Positions 20,516 to 32,486 are shown, counted from the first letter of the stretch. The stretch: DNA of 35,738 nucleotides from Thelocarpon superellum (GCA_026025795.1 JAPEUG010000152.1:1-35738), one strand, 5' to 3'. Notes: generated from the sequence alone by a model not told the origin. Program-made: numbers and translations.

Positions 20516-21568
20516 ATGCCAGTGAGTCATGTCCATTGACCGTGCACGAGTCGGTGGTAACTCTTTCGACAGCTCCTACTACTGTCGGGCTACCCCTCCT
20601 CTGGCAAGACCTACCGGGCGACGCAATTGCAGGACTTCTTCACGACCAAGATCGCAAAGGATCCACACGTGGCCCATCTCACTGTGCATTTACTCTCGGA
20701 CCGCAGCCTCGGTCTGAGCAGAGAGATCTACCGCGATGCACGCGCGGAGAAGGACGGCCGGGCCACCGAGTACTCGGCGATCAAGCGGGCGCTGACCAAG
20801 GACACGATTGTCATTGCCGATGGGCTCAACTACATCAAGGGCTTTCGATATCAGCTCTACTGCGAGGCCAAGGCAATGTCAACGCCCAGCTGCGTCGTAC
20901 GTTGATCTCGCCCACGATGGAAGCGTTTGGTGGCTGAGAGAATCGTGGAGGTCCACATTGGTACTCCTGTCGCCACCGCGCGAGTTACCAATCAGCGCCT
21001 ACTCGCCGACACCTATCACGAGGGAGGATACCCAGAGGACGTCTTCGAGAATCTCGTCTTCCGATATGAGGAACCGAATGGAATGACACGATGGGATAGC
21101 CCGCTCTTTACCGTGCTCTATGATGACCCCGCACCACCCTGTGAAGAGATCTGGGAAGCTCTCGTCGGATCGGAAGGAAATAGCAAGGCCGTCAAGCCCA
21201 ACCAAGCCACGGTTCTCGTGAGTTGCTTCGTGAAGGGTCCTTTGAAGGGAGAAGCCGCTCACAGTCTCTATTTCTCCCTCCAGAAGCCCGCCACTGATTC
21301 GAACCACCTCTATGAACTCGACCGCCTCACGCAAGAGATCCTCACGAGTATCATTTCCTACCAGAGCGACCACCCGGGAGAGGACGGAGGCGAAGTGAGA
21401 GTGCCAGATGTCGACGCCGTCATCGCCCTACCTCCGTCACACATGTCTCTCCCGCAACTGCAGCGCATGCGGAGACAATTCATCACCATGAACAGACAGC
21501 ACGTACCCGAGAAGAGCCGGATCACACCGCTCTTCGTCGACTATCTCAATGATCAGTTTCAATCCTGA
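20516..21568 (+). CDS. KTI12: Elongator-associated protein Kti12 (about 293 aa)
   Basis: Exons 20516-20521, 20573-20896, 20951-21217 and 21284-21568. P-loop MPLLLLSGYPSSGKT; IADGLNYIKGFRYQLYCEAK; LVFRYEEPNGMTRWDSPLF; LPQLQRMRRQFITMN. Confidence 0.95.
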
Positions 21569-22053
21569 GCTACGTTTCTACAGATCGTCTCAAGCCACAC
21601 CATACGTAAGCGTCACCCTGAGGAACATGTTTCTATGATCCCATCGTATTCGACCCGTATGAACATGGGTAAGGGACGACAACATTCCCAGACGAATCAC
21701 GAGATGGAGCTGTGACGTCCAACATATCATCGGGCAAGGAGATGAAATTTTGATCGACCAAGGAAAACAACGAGTCAAACAGGACGAATCCAAGATGTAC
21801 ACTCTCAATCTTCCTCCCATGGAACTGGTCCTACACGTGTTGCAACAGGAGTCCGATCACATCCGGCCTCAAGACAGGAGCGAGAGAGAGCACTGGCCAA
21901 ATCTCCCCATGGCAACTTCACAGACCCTGGCGGGCCGGGGTCAAGTCCTGCCGGTCATCCTGGTTATGATTCCATCCATCCGGAAGGTGGGTTCCGTGAT
22001 CCGGCATCCACTGGGCCCTTGATAATCGCAACGGAGGAGCCTCCTGGATCGGA

Positions 22054-24037
22054 TCAATCCTCAACGACGGCATCCTGGACTAGGTCGGAGTTCAATTGAC
22101 GGACATCAGCAACAACGCTCCGAAGTCGCTCCGTATGAGCCTCCAGTGCGTCCTGGCTAAGAGAGCTGCGCGACGCGCGAACCTTCTGCGACCATGACAA
22201 GTGGAGCGCCTTCTGCCCAGAATGCAAATCTTGAAGCAACTGGTCATGGTGCGCCACGGGCTCGTGCGAGGCCATCTGTGGCGAGGCACTCTTTTGACGC
22301 GCCTTGCTACGCACCCGGTTCTTCTTGGCGCCTTGGCTTGTGGATAGCTTCCGTCGGCGGTTGTGTTGACTTCCCAGCGTGGAATTAGACCCCGCGACCG
22401 GAGAGTTGGGGCCGACGGACGACCCATCCGGTACATACTCATGCACCCGCCGCATGTGGTCGAACAGGTTCCAGCGGCGTGGGAAGCCGTTGCCTTCGGC
22501 GGAGCGCTCGCACTGCGCAAATAAGCATACGTAGGGCTTGGCACCATGCCCATGAAGCCCATGCGCCTCTCGCTCATGGCGCAGGCGGCATGCCGTGGAG
22601 GAGAAGCGCTGCTCGCTGCACGAGGGGTAAGAGCAACGATACGGCTTGATATGCGAGTCGACGTATTTACTGGTGGAATGATGCGTTAGCACGCCGCCGC
22701 CTGGACGGCCCGGGTGAACCACGTATAACTCACTCATAGTTGCACTTCAGCTTCGTGGGTCCGTGATTGCATCCCTCGCTGCCTTCGTAGGGACAGTGGA
22801 ACTTTCCGTCACGCCCAGGAGAGGCCTGGTAGAGTGGATCATTCCGTGGCGACACGCCGGTCAGACCAAGGTTGTTGCCCGGATGAGGGATGGCCTGGAA
22901 GGAGAGCGGAGCGCCATCCACGCTCGCCATGACTGGGGGGACGCCACATAATGATAGCTCTTGTAAGCCTTGCAACGACGAGCATCCCGACATTCTTTGC
23001 AAGGGTTAGCAGCTGGAAGGATAGGGCAGGGCACAGGGAAATGCGACGCACGGAGACACGGGATTTCGATCGGAGCATAGATTGGGACCTGCAAAGTCGT
23101 GGGCTGGGACCATGGTAAAGTCAGAACCTGCGAGATCCTCGACGGTCGCCTGGTGGAAAGCCTGCGGAAGCTGGTCATAGAAAGCAATGGACGACCTTGG
23201 GGACATCGGCCGAGCCACGGAGAGATCGGGAGACAGATACGGTATGGTCCCCGGACTGTCTGTCGTTCCCTTGGAGTAACCCGAGGGGTTTCGCGACAGG
23301 GGAAAAGAGATCGGCACGGCGGCCATCTCATCCATTGATCTGGAAAGCTCGGCTGAGTTTGTAGTACCGGTGGTCCAGACATTGGATTGACTGTCCTCGC
23401 TGGGGGGAACTCCGTCCTGGCTGGACTGTAGACTGGCCCAGTCATCGTATGTGGGACCCAGGGTGATTACTCCGGCGCCGGCAGGCTCGATGCAACCAGG
23501 CCATGAATGTCCTGTATAGGCGACCACAGCCGCGGCTGGGCCATCCATGGGTTGCGACGGGGGCATGGAGGGGTCCGCGCAAGCAGAAGTGGAAGAAGAA
23601 GGAAAATGGTCCGGGGATGAATGGCTCATCTTCGACCGTCCTGTGGGATGCTCCAGGGTGTCATAGACGGGATAGGAAAAAGGAACGTGGCTTGTATTAG
23701 CACCATCCCCACGTCCTGGGTGTGGGTATCCCGACAACATGTGCGCATCCGATGTCTGGCTCCAAGCATGGAAGTAGCTTAGGCTTGGCGACTTGGCCAC
23801 GAGATACACGGGATGGCTTTGAAACTGCGTCCATGCCTGGTAGTACGGGTGGTCTGAATCCTGTTCCTGTTGTGGGAAGTGCATGTCAAAGGAAGAGACT
23901 CCCTCGAGAACGCCATCCTCCGGTCCTTGCAGGTTTGCAAGGCCCGGGGTCGGAGAATCAGGCTCCTCCATCTGCTCCGTGGAATTTGGTGTGGAAACGG
24001 CTTCTCCCCAGGCACGGCACCCGTTGGGTATTTCCAT
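22054..24037 (-). CDS. C2H2 zinc-finger transcription factor (about 620 aa), paralog of the 11914-14663 gene
   Basis: Exons 24037-23052, 22994-22734 and 22669-22054 join in frame. DGKFHCPYEGSEGCNHGPTKLKCNYDKYVDSH, KPYRC..C..RFSSTACRLRHEREAH, KPYVC..C..GNGFPRRWNLFDHMRRVH. The start codon is uncertain because the frame stays open up to a splice acceptor at 24096. Confidence 0.88.
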
Positions 24038-25718
24038 GGATTCTGGTCGGACGCCTTCTGGATGGTTGGTTGATATCAGGTCTCCAACTTGGCTTCTGAC
24101 GGATTGAGATCAGCATGAGAAGAGGTGGCAGACCGCCGGTTCGGAAAGGTCCGAGCAAGAAGGAGAAGGAAATAGTGCGAAGAACGAAAGAAGATGTCCT
24201 GGCGCGAGTGATCGTCAGCTGACACATTCCCGTCCATGGCGCAAAAATACTGACCATTCGTCCGAAGTGGGGAACCGTTCCAATCCAGCTTCTCCAAAGT
24301 GTGCCGAGTACGTGCCGGGAAGGCCCATGCAGCTCCATCAAGATTGCTTCGTTTCCAGGAGGCCTGCAGTCGGAGGGAGAAAATAAGGAGGCACCGATGA
24401 CCGAATGAAGCTGTTCTCGTCCAATGACCGGCGATGCTCGGATGAAAGAAGTAACCATTCCGGGTTCGGCGACTTGTGTGCGTTACTTTGTGCCCTTCTC
24501 AGGCTCCCGTGCATGCTTGAAGAGAAAGCGTATTAGCGAAAACAAGGTTGAGAATAGTGGCCGTTGTGTTGGATACTAACCTCCTAATCGGATTGGTTCC
24601 ATGTGTGAAGGTGGGCGGCCACTCACGTGTCCTGTGGGTTAGACACCTACCTCTGGAGGGCATCCCCGCAAGGTGCGCAAGCAGTAAAGAAAACTCCAGT
24701 GGCTGATCCTCTCCACTGCGGATTCTTGCATATGAGGAGCAGAAGGCTCTTGGGTGGCTTCCCAGCCTTTGGGCTCGTCGAGACCGGCGAGTACACCAGC
24801 TGATGGGAGCCTGACTTCGCATCTGAACCCGTTTTGGCAACCAAGCGAGGGAGAGCGGGTTTCCCACGTTCAGAGAATCCAAGATCCGATCTCACACGGG
24901 CCCGGGAGTGAAAGGATCAGGTTTGTCAATCAGTGAGCCGGTAGACCAAATCCAGCCGGAGGTTTTGGCCAGCGCATTGGAGAAACCGATGGCTGGTCCT
25001 TGCCACGAGGTGGATCCACATGCGTGGGAAAAGAAAGAAAGCGCGCGAAGAATGTGCAAGAGCGAGACCTGCTGACTTACCTCACGATTCTCATCTTTCG
25101 AGGTCCCATGATATGGTGAATCGATCCCAGAGTGTGAATGCAAACGGTCAGGCCAGGAGAAAGGTGGATTGTTTTGTGGTCTGCGAAACGTCCCGGCACA
25201 AGTCCTTAAGGCTCTTGGTGCACGGATAGGGCGGAGAGCCCAACAGTTCGAAGATAGACAAGTAGCAGAGGACAGGGCGGGAACTAAGTGAGGTCCAACG
25301 GCTTCAGTGGCGAGACAGGCACGGCAGCGCAAGAGCAGATCATGAGGGCTTAGGGCGAAGAGTGGAATGAATGGATGAGGGTGACGGAGCCGACAGGATG
25401 AGAGAGGAAAGGGAAGAGACGAGGCGAGCGGGGCCTGCGGAGGTGTGGGCATCGATGCGCGGTGGGAGTGGCAGCAGGCTGACGCACCAACGACGCACCG
25501 ACGCAGCGTGTGGTGGGCGATACGGGAAGAATGGTCCACGACGTGGAGTCTGGAATGAGATGGAGGGAGGAGCAGTAGTAGTGCGGCCGCTCACTGGCGG
25601 GAGACTGAGGAACGCATGAGGCAGCTCGAGGGAAGAGATGCGAGAGATGCGAGGCGGCCTCGGTGCGGAGCAGCTCAGCTGTACGAGACGCATAGCAAGA
25701 TATTACTGGAACACGTCG

Positions 25719-25761
25719 AGATCCAGACGGATGTTCCCAGATCCAGACGGATGTTCCCAGA
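25719..25761. repeat. Perfect 20-bp tandem duplication (ATCCAGACGGATGTTCCCAG)x2
   Basis: Identical units at 25721-25740 and 25741-25760. Confidence 0.95.
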
Positions 25762-26207
25762 CCCAATGAGATGGCAGGCGGGACGGAGTACACAAGGAGA
25801 ATCCACGAAGGAGTCCTCTGATTTGTGATTGTCTTATCGTGGTGGGGAGCATTGCATGGACAGGGGGGGCCTGGGCGACGGGTGAGTGGATCACCGTCCC
25901 TCGCGCGGATGGCCTGGGGCCAAGGCTACGGTAGCCGAGTCGCGCTGCGTCTGGTTGCCTCGCTGCAGCAATTGCTGCCTGGCCACGCCAGGTCATGCAA
26001 GTCGTTGGACATATCACATACCCTCGCTCGCTGTTTGGTCGACATGCAGATGACAGGAAGTGACACGTCGATGCTTCTGCGGCCCTGCACCTCAGCGCCG
26101 CTCGTAGCCGGACGCATGACGGCCGACGTGTCCGGTTTCGAGAACTTGCGTCAACTGATCACGACCCAGCTAATCTAGCCCGCGCGGAACCGCACGATAA
26201 CTTCGGC

Positions 26208-26245
26208 TGATCTCCCGAGCCAACCGTGGGAATCTCGGGAGATCA
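26208..26245. repeat. 12-bp perfect inverted repeat with 14-nt spacer
   Basis: TGATCTCCCGAG (26208-26219) and CTCGGGAGATCA (26234-26245). Confidence 0.9.
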
Positions 26246-27651
26246 ACAACACGTTCGCCGACCCCACCATGGTTCAGTGCTACTCCCACCACTCCCCCTC
26301 GTCGGAGCCACACTGGCATCTCCGCACCTACTGTGCCGCAGAGGAGTATTTCCTTCCATAGTACGAGTACCGGGTGCGCGTAGAGGGACTCGCTCTCCGA
26401 CTCTCGTGCCTCGGAGCGAAGCTGGCCTTCGACCGCAACCGGTCCCGGCCGAAGGCAAGATGGTGAAGTCAGCTGGTCTTGCCTGGTTACCCTTTGCATC
26501 CAGCTTGTACGACCATGGCCCCCGAATCGGGTCTACTCTCGTCACATTGACCCGTCCCGACTTGGCATGAATTGGAGCAGGAGCTGAGGTGGGGGCCGCA
26601 TGCAGCTCAAAAGACTTGTCACCAAGTGCATCAATTCGTACAGCGCACCATGCCCAGAAATGTCAAGAGCGGCATCCGCCGGCACCCAGTAGGAAGGTGT
26701 CGTGAAGGCCTCATGGTTGCATGACGCACTGGTGATATGTGATCAGTCGATAGCTTTGCTCGCCGGAATCCAACTGGCCCGTCCTTGGGCCAGCCTGCTC
26801 TTATCCGTCCATACCATGTGCATCTGGTTGGCCGGGTCTAGACAAGTTATACCAGCACCAGCCAGCCACTGGCGATGATGTGAGGTAAGGAGCGCCTTGT
26901 TGTCCGCCTGGGTCAAACCGGCGCCAGCGCATGCCTAGCCGATATCCACTGCGTACACCTCGCGCATTTGTAACTTGGGCCACATCATTAGTCGGGGACG
27001 AAGATGAGCCGGAGGGATTCCATCGGGGTAGTCAGACTTCCCGGCCGTGTTTTCACTACTGTTTCCTTTTTGGACCGTTGTTAGCATACCGAACGTGCTC
27101 ATCGACAGCCACTGAGAAGAGAAACGCGCGCGGTGGAAGAGCTTGGTCAGATAGGAGCGAAAGATGTCTTATTTTCGTTCATGAGTCCACAAGACTTCAG
27201 TTGAACTATGCATATGGCGTGAATCATCATCAGGTCCGAGAAATGAGCGCAAAAAGAAGGAGGTCGTTCGGACCTCGGCTGGCGTGGACGCACCTAGATG
27301 AGCTTGTGCCAATCACCTTGATGTGACTTGTTGCCTATGAGCCACCCTCACGCTTGAACAGCCACCATTTGGTGGTTGTTTCCATGGTGGGAGGCAAAGA
27401 TGGATTGTCCGTTACAAGAGAAGGAGTGAAGTGCAAGGTCGGTAAGAGTGGGCATCCGAGAGCAGTGCAATAACTAGCGGACTCGCTTGTTAAGTCACGT
27501 GCTACCAGGGCTCCGAGACGCGAGGCTATGCCAGCTACGTAATCCGCAAGGTCGGACCCTCTTCAGCCATCCGCAGCTAGTTGATATTGCTCCTTTCCGT
27601 ACATCACGACGCGCCATACCGTCTCTACGGAGGGCTGGCTATCGTGCTAGG

Positions 27652-28689
27652 ATGGCGAGATCATTCACCGTGATGTCACAAGCTCCAGACCCTCTAGCCA
27701 TTGACTTTTCACGCATCGTCTCGCGTCTCGAGCGCATCATTCTCGCCCCGGACCCAGCCGGGGAGCTACTTCTCAGGAAATCGAGCTTGGAACGATCAAG
27801 AATTGGAGCGGTAATTGGCCCTTCTTGCCCGTTGGTACCTCGTGTTACGTGCTACCGCTAATATTGTGTACGCTTCCGGATCAAAGAACCTGGAATATGC
27901 CCGAACCTTACTCTTCCGGTTGGAACATGAAAGTTCTGGCTTCAAGGTGCAGTCCCGGAAGCAGGACATGCAAGCTTACCTGCGAGAGAAGAGAGGTCTT
28001 CTTAAGCGATTAAGCGACCGGCTTCAAGAGTTGAACCACGTATGTCTGCACGGGCTACAACCAGGAGCTTCATGTACTGACGGCTGGATGATCAGCTCGA
28101 CCACGGTGCAGAGAGCAGCGAGGATGTTGGAGAAGATTTGCTCGGCGAGGATGAAGATGACGGCGAGAGCCGTTCGGAAGGGCTTCTTGCCAACGGAGCC
28201 TTCGCCAAGACCACAGGGCAGACACCAGCTACCGATCAGGTTTCATGGGCTCAAGCAAGTACCGCCACCGAGACCAGGGGCGCCATGCGTGCGCGACACG
28301 CGCCCGCCGATTTGTCGACCAACAGGGCTAAGACCAGCTCAACACAGCTCGACCCTGCCCTCGCCACAACGGAGAAGCTCTTCTCCCATAATCGTGGCGA
28401 ACAAGAAGACCTGACCGCCTCCTTACTCAACATGGCACAAGCACTCAAGGCCTCGTCGCGAGCCTTCTCGTCCTCGTTAGATTCAGAAAAAGAAATCTTG
28501 AACCGGGCGGGAGAAGGGCTAGAAAAGAACACAACGGGGCTCCAGGCTGCGGAGAAGCGTATGGGGATGCTGCGACGCATGACCGAAGGCCGAGGCTGGT
28601 GGGGCCGCATGCTCATGTACGCCTGGATCTTTGGCTTGATGATGATTGCGCTGTTCATCGTCGGATTTCTACCAAAACTGCGATTCTAG
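27652..28689 (+). CDS. USE1: ER Qc-SNARE Use1/Slt1 (about 301 aa)
   Basis: Exons 27652-27810, 27887-28039 and 28096-28689. ERSRIGANLEYARTLL; SNARE motif EQEDLTASLLNMAQALKASSRAFSSSLDSEKEIL; C-terminal TM anchor ending FLPKLRF. Confidence 0.88.
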
Positions 28690-29371
28690 TGGCCGTGGCC
28701 TTGACACGATGAGATGGCCCGCCTCTCATCTGATCTCGCAGTCTCGTAACAAGACGCGAAATTGCATGGGCAATCCGAGACGCTTGGAGTGTCCTGAATG
28801 GGCCGCATCTTCCCATCTCGCCCTGTTGCGGCCTGGTCTCCCTCGTCGCCTAATGACCAGAGAAGGTCTACGATCCTGGCCGGACGGACGCTTTCTCCAG
28901 ATGCGTGAAACACTGCCCCCTTCTCGCGTCACAATACGCTGGCTATGAATGAGCGAGATCAACTCGGAACACCGCGTAGGGAGACGCGGTCTCCTACGGG
29001 GCATCTATCAGCACCAAAGAGCACCAGACAGGCACAGGACCCTGGGCCAGCGTCCAGCACTTGCTCCTTCAGCCGGCCGGAAGGCCAGCTCGACATGTCT
29101 TGGTAGCGACCCTTTCGCGGCAGGAAGTTCATGACGCGTGTCTGGCATACGGCGTCTCTGCCGTTCAGTGTCGCCCTGCACAGTCAACGAAAGTCTATGT
29201 ATTACGTCGTCGAGGAGAGCATCAAATTCATACTCGCCAGCCGCGCCAAAGCATGCATCTATGCACGCAGCTATGGACAAATAATGACAAGATAGATCCA
29301 ATCGGAGAGCATGTGTGGATTTCAAGGTCCAAGACGGAGCGAATCATGGTTGTTGCCTTGCGAGCACCCAC

Positions 29372-30314
29372 TCACATCACAACGCAGCAAGACTCTGCCT
29401 TCCGCATGATCTTTGGCAGTATACGCGGCAGCCATTTCTTGACGAGCTGTTCAATCTCGGCATTCGGATCTTGCTGCTGCTGCTGCTGCTGCTGGTGATG
29501 TTGTTGTTGGTGGTGGTGTTGATGTGGTGCCGGCCCACCATAACCTTGATGCGGCCCTCCATTTTGGTGCTGATTCTGTGGCGGGTGATACGGTCCCGGT
29601 ACGTTGGCCGGGCCGCCAGTCAGGTTGATGTACATGCGTCCCGCATTCTCCTCGGTGGAGTACTGCAGGTGCAGTTCCTGGCAGAGCTGCTCGACGCGGG
29701 GCTTGATCTTTTGGATGTGGTCCACAGAGTGATTGCCCTTGCCAACGATTCTACATTGTAAAGTAAGCTGGCTGTCGAGCTTCCTCACAAGGGAAAGTCA
29801 ATGCAGGACGTATAGTAGCCCCACTCACACATGCAGGTGGCTCTGTCCCTGGGCCTGTGCGGCCTTGATACGCGTCGCGAGGATCTGCTCGGCCTCTTCC
29901 ACGAACTGGCCGTGCAGATCGATCGTGTCTGACGCGACGCGGCCCTCGGCATTGTTTTCGCGGAAGATGAACTCCGACGCTTGACGGTTGTATTGGTCCA
30001 TCAGACGGCCGTGTTGCTTGCCCTCCTCCGAGAGCTGGTGCGCCGCGGCACCATCGCCGCGCTCGTACGCCTGATGCGACTTGTCGAGGCAGTGAGATTT
30101 CTTGCCGTGCTCTTGTCGGGCCAACGCCCGCAATCTGTCATATTCTTCCTCGGCCCGGTCGTTGTGGCTATGGTTCAAGGCTGTCTTTCCAGGTCAGCGA
30201 CAAGCTCATGAACCACGAGGGGCAGGGGCAGCGTCAAGGACTTGCGCGACGCGATGCGACGCGAAGAGCATTTGACATACCTCGCCCACCCAGCTGAGTC
30301 ATGGGATACGACAT
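29372..30314 (-). CDS. DUF1771 + Smr-domain protein with polyQ/H tract and C-terminal CCVVM (CaaX) motif (about 254 aa)
   Basis: Exons 30314-30281, 30180-29829 and 29750-29372. SHQAYERGDGAAAHQLSEEGK (DUF1771-type helix), TIDLHGQFVEEA and HVIVGKGNHS (Smr signature); ends AESCCVVM*. Confidence 0.92.
29471..29530 (-). repeat. Coding trinucleotide repeat (CAG/CAA/CAC) giving HQHHHQQQHHQQQQQQQQ
   Basis: (TGC)n and (TGT/TGG)n runs on the plus strand within exon 3 of the Smr gene. Confidence 0.9.
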
Positions 30315-32451
30315 GGCGGGCGCGTTTGGAGGAACTGGGCAAGGCCCAATCTGGCCCTTCTCTGTCGCTGGCTGGTTGGAAAGGAACAGATTGATTAAGT
30401 TGCGAGGTACGCGGGTGCTTCACTGGGAGCGGAGTCGGCCCTTCACGAATAGGCTGAACGCGACAACCAAGGCGCTAATGAATCTGGTCTGGATTGCTCT
30501 TTCCACGAAAGGCGTCCCTCAGTGGCGGCCGACCGTGGTTGAGCTACAGCACCATCTCCAACCTGGGCGTCATCTCCGTCGCGAGCCGTGGAGCTTGCAC
30601 AGCGGCCACGGGAACCATCTTCCTGAGCCGCAGCAACACTGTCCCGGTTCTAAATCGTGTCTGCCCATCCTCGCAGTGGCTCGCTGATACGAACGGGCCC
30701 ATCTGATAATGAATGGATCCAAATTAAACGACCTGCCTGAGGGCAAGATGCTGAATAAGGTACTGGTACAATTCATGATAACCACGGCCTCCGTCTGTGA
30801 TTGCATACAGATCTAAAGATCAGGAGTGAGGCATCCCGCCACAACGTCATCATCAAATGTACCAAATACGACCACCTCCAATTGCGACGTAACAACTGAG
30901 ACGTGCATGTGCAGGTCCGTCCCGAGGAAGGCAAGTCATCCAAACTGCCCCTAGACATCCCTGCTCAGCGATTCGTATTCAGGGCGGGGCGTCTTCGATC
31001 CACAACCGCGTCCTGCCATCCTGTGATGTGGCGGCCAGACAGGCAGCATCTGATTTGTCAAGGCGGTATCGAGCTTATCATCATGCCCGCCATCCTTGGG
31101 CCTCATGCGAGTACGAGGAACATACTCGTGAAAGGAACCGCGGGGCGATCCTGTCGCTAAACGGCTTTCCGGTACTCGGTGCTCGCATCAACTAACGTTT
31201 GACTTGATCGCCCCGGCAGACTCCGTAGATCGTTGCAACATTTCAACCCGACGAAGGACTCGGCGTTGGGTGACAGATGGTTCGGACACCACCCAGGAGA
31301 CGTTGAAGACGTTGGAGACTTCTACCTGGTCCGGGGATCGACGAAAGAAGCTCATCGCTACCGAGCCGCTGCAACGATCGGATTGGCTTGTATTTCATCT
31401 GTGTTCTCCTCCTCCACCGCTAGCCGTCTGAGGCAAGGTGAGTCTGCTAGTCGTGCCACCAAAGATTTGGTCCGGGCAGGAAGGTGGCGATGGTACCTGC
31501 AGGCAACCGTAACTTCCAGAGCGGGCCTCTTGTCCTCCGGCGAGACCAGGTGGTGAATCAATTCGTCGGGGACCGAAGTCGTGCTACCGCCCAGGCCACA
31601 GATGGCCGGGGAAGTTTCATGGCGAGACATCCGAGCCCGAGCGAATGGTGAAGAGTGTGCAATCGAGGTGTGGATCGGAATATTTCCACGGCTATTGTAA
31701 CATCGCTCGTGTACCGATGCTGACAAGCATAGTATGCTTGGCTAATCCCGTCTGCGAGTACAAACTTTACAGGGCGCCCATCCGTGGAGAAGTGAAGCTT
31801 GCGGTGTCCGAATGCGCCATTCTCCCCGACTGCGTCGCTGATGCTAGGGCTCCGTCTGGATCCGCACTATGAGGACGACTTGTCGGTCGTGTTAGGCCAT
31901 CCTTCGCTTAATCAGGGCCAATTCAGAGTCCGCACCGGTCTAACTAGCGGAGGACGGCGCTCGGCCGGGGACTGGGCGCAATCGCCCTCGCCAGCAGGCA
32001 GCGGGCAGCGGCCAAGCGAAAGGAAACGCTGCCGCACCCTGACGGCGCCCGCCCCCCTTCGTCGATTTTCTACCCCCGTACAAGCTCACCCCCAGTCGGC
32101 CGCGTTCGCTCTAGTGTCATTTGCCTGCGTGGGCCTGGCCTCCACTTCAGACGGTTGTAGCATGGAAGGAGTTCGGGTCCGCTGCTAGTCAAGATTGGCG
32201 GCCAGTGGCGGCCATTTGGCGACCGGCCGGGACGTACGAGTAGAGGCGAAGAGGCGAAGACGTGAATAATGTCACTGCCGGGCGCCGCCAGGTGAAAGGG
32301 GAGAGGCAAGTACCTGAACGCGTTCCGGCTAGGTGCAAGTACTCCTGGTGACACCCTTGTTCACCTTCCCTTATGCACGACGCAAGACACCACCACTTTA
32401 CGTGTCGCCTACTCCTGCGAACTACTGCTGGCCGCCAACCAGTGGTCACCT

Positions 32452-32486
32452 CCCCCTGCCCACCGCCCGCCGCCCACCGCCTACCG
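32452..32486. repeat. Second (CCCACCG)-type heptamer array, upstream of the G-alpha gene
   Basis: ccccctg cccaccg cccgccg cccaccg cctaccg. Confidence 0.7.

Noticed and set aside
24499..27326. Many 60-215 aa ORFs in the TF2/USE1 intergenic region
   Set aside because: Low complexity, mutually overlapping and without family motifs.
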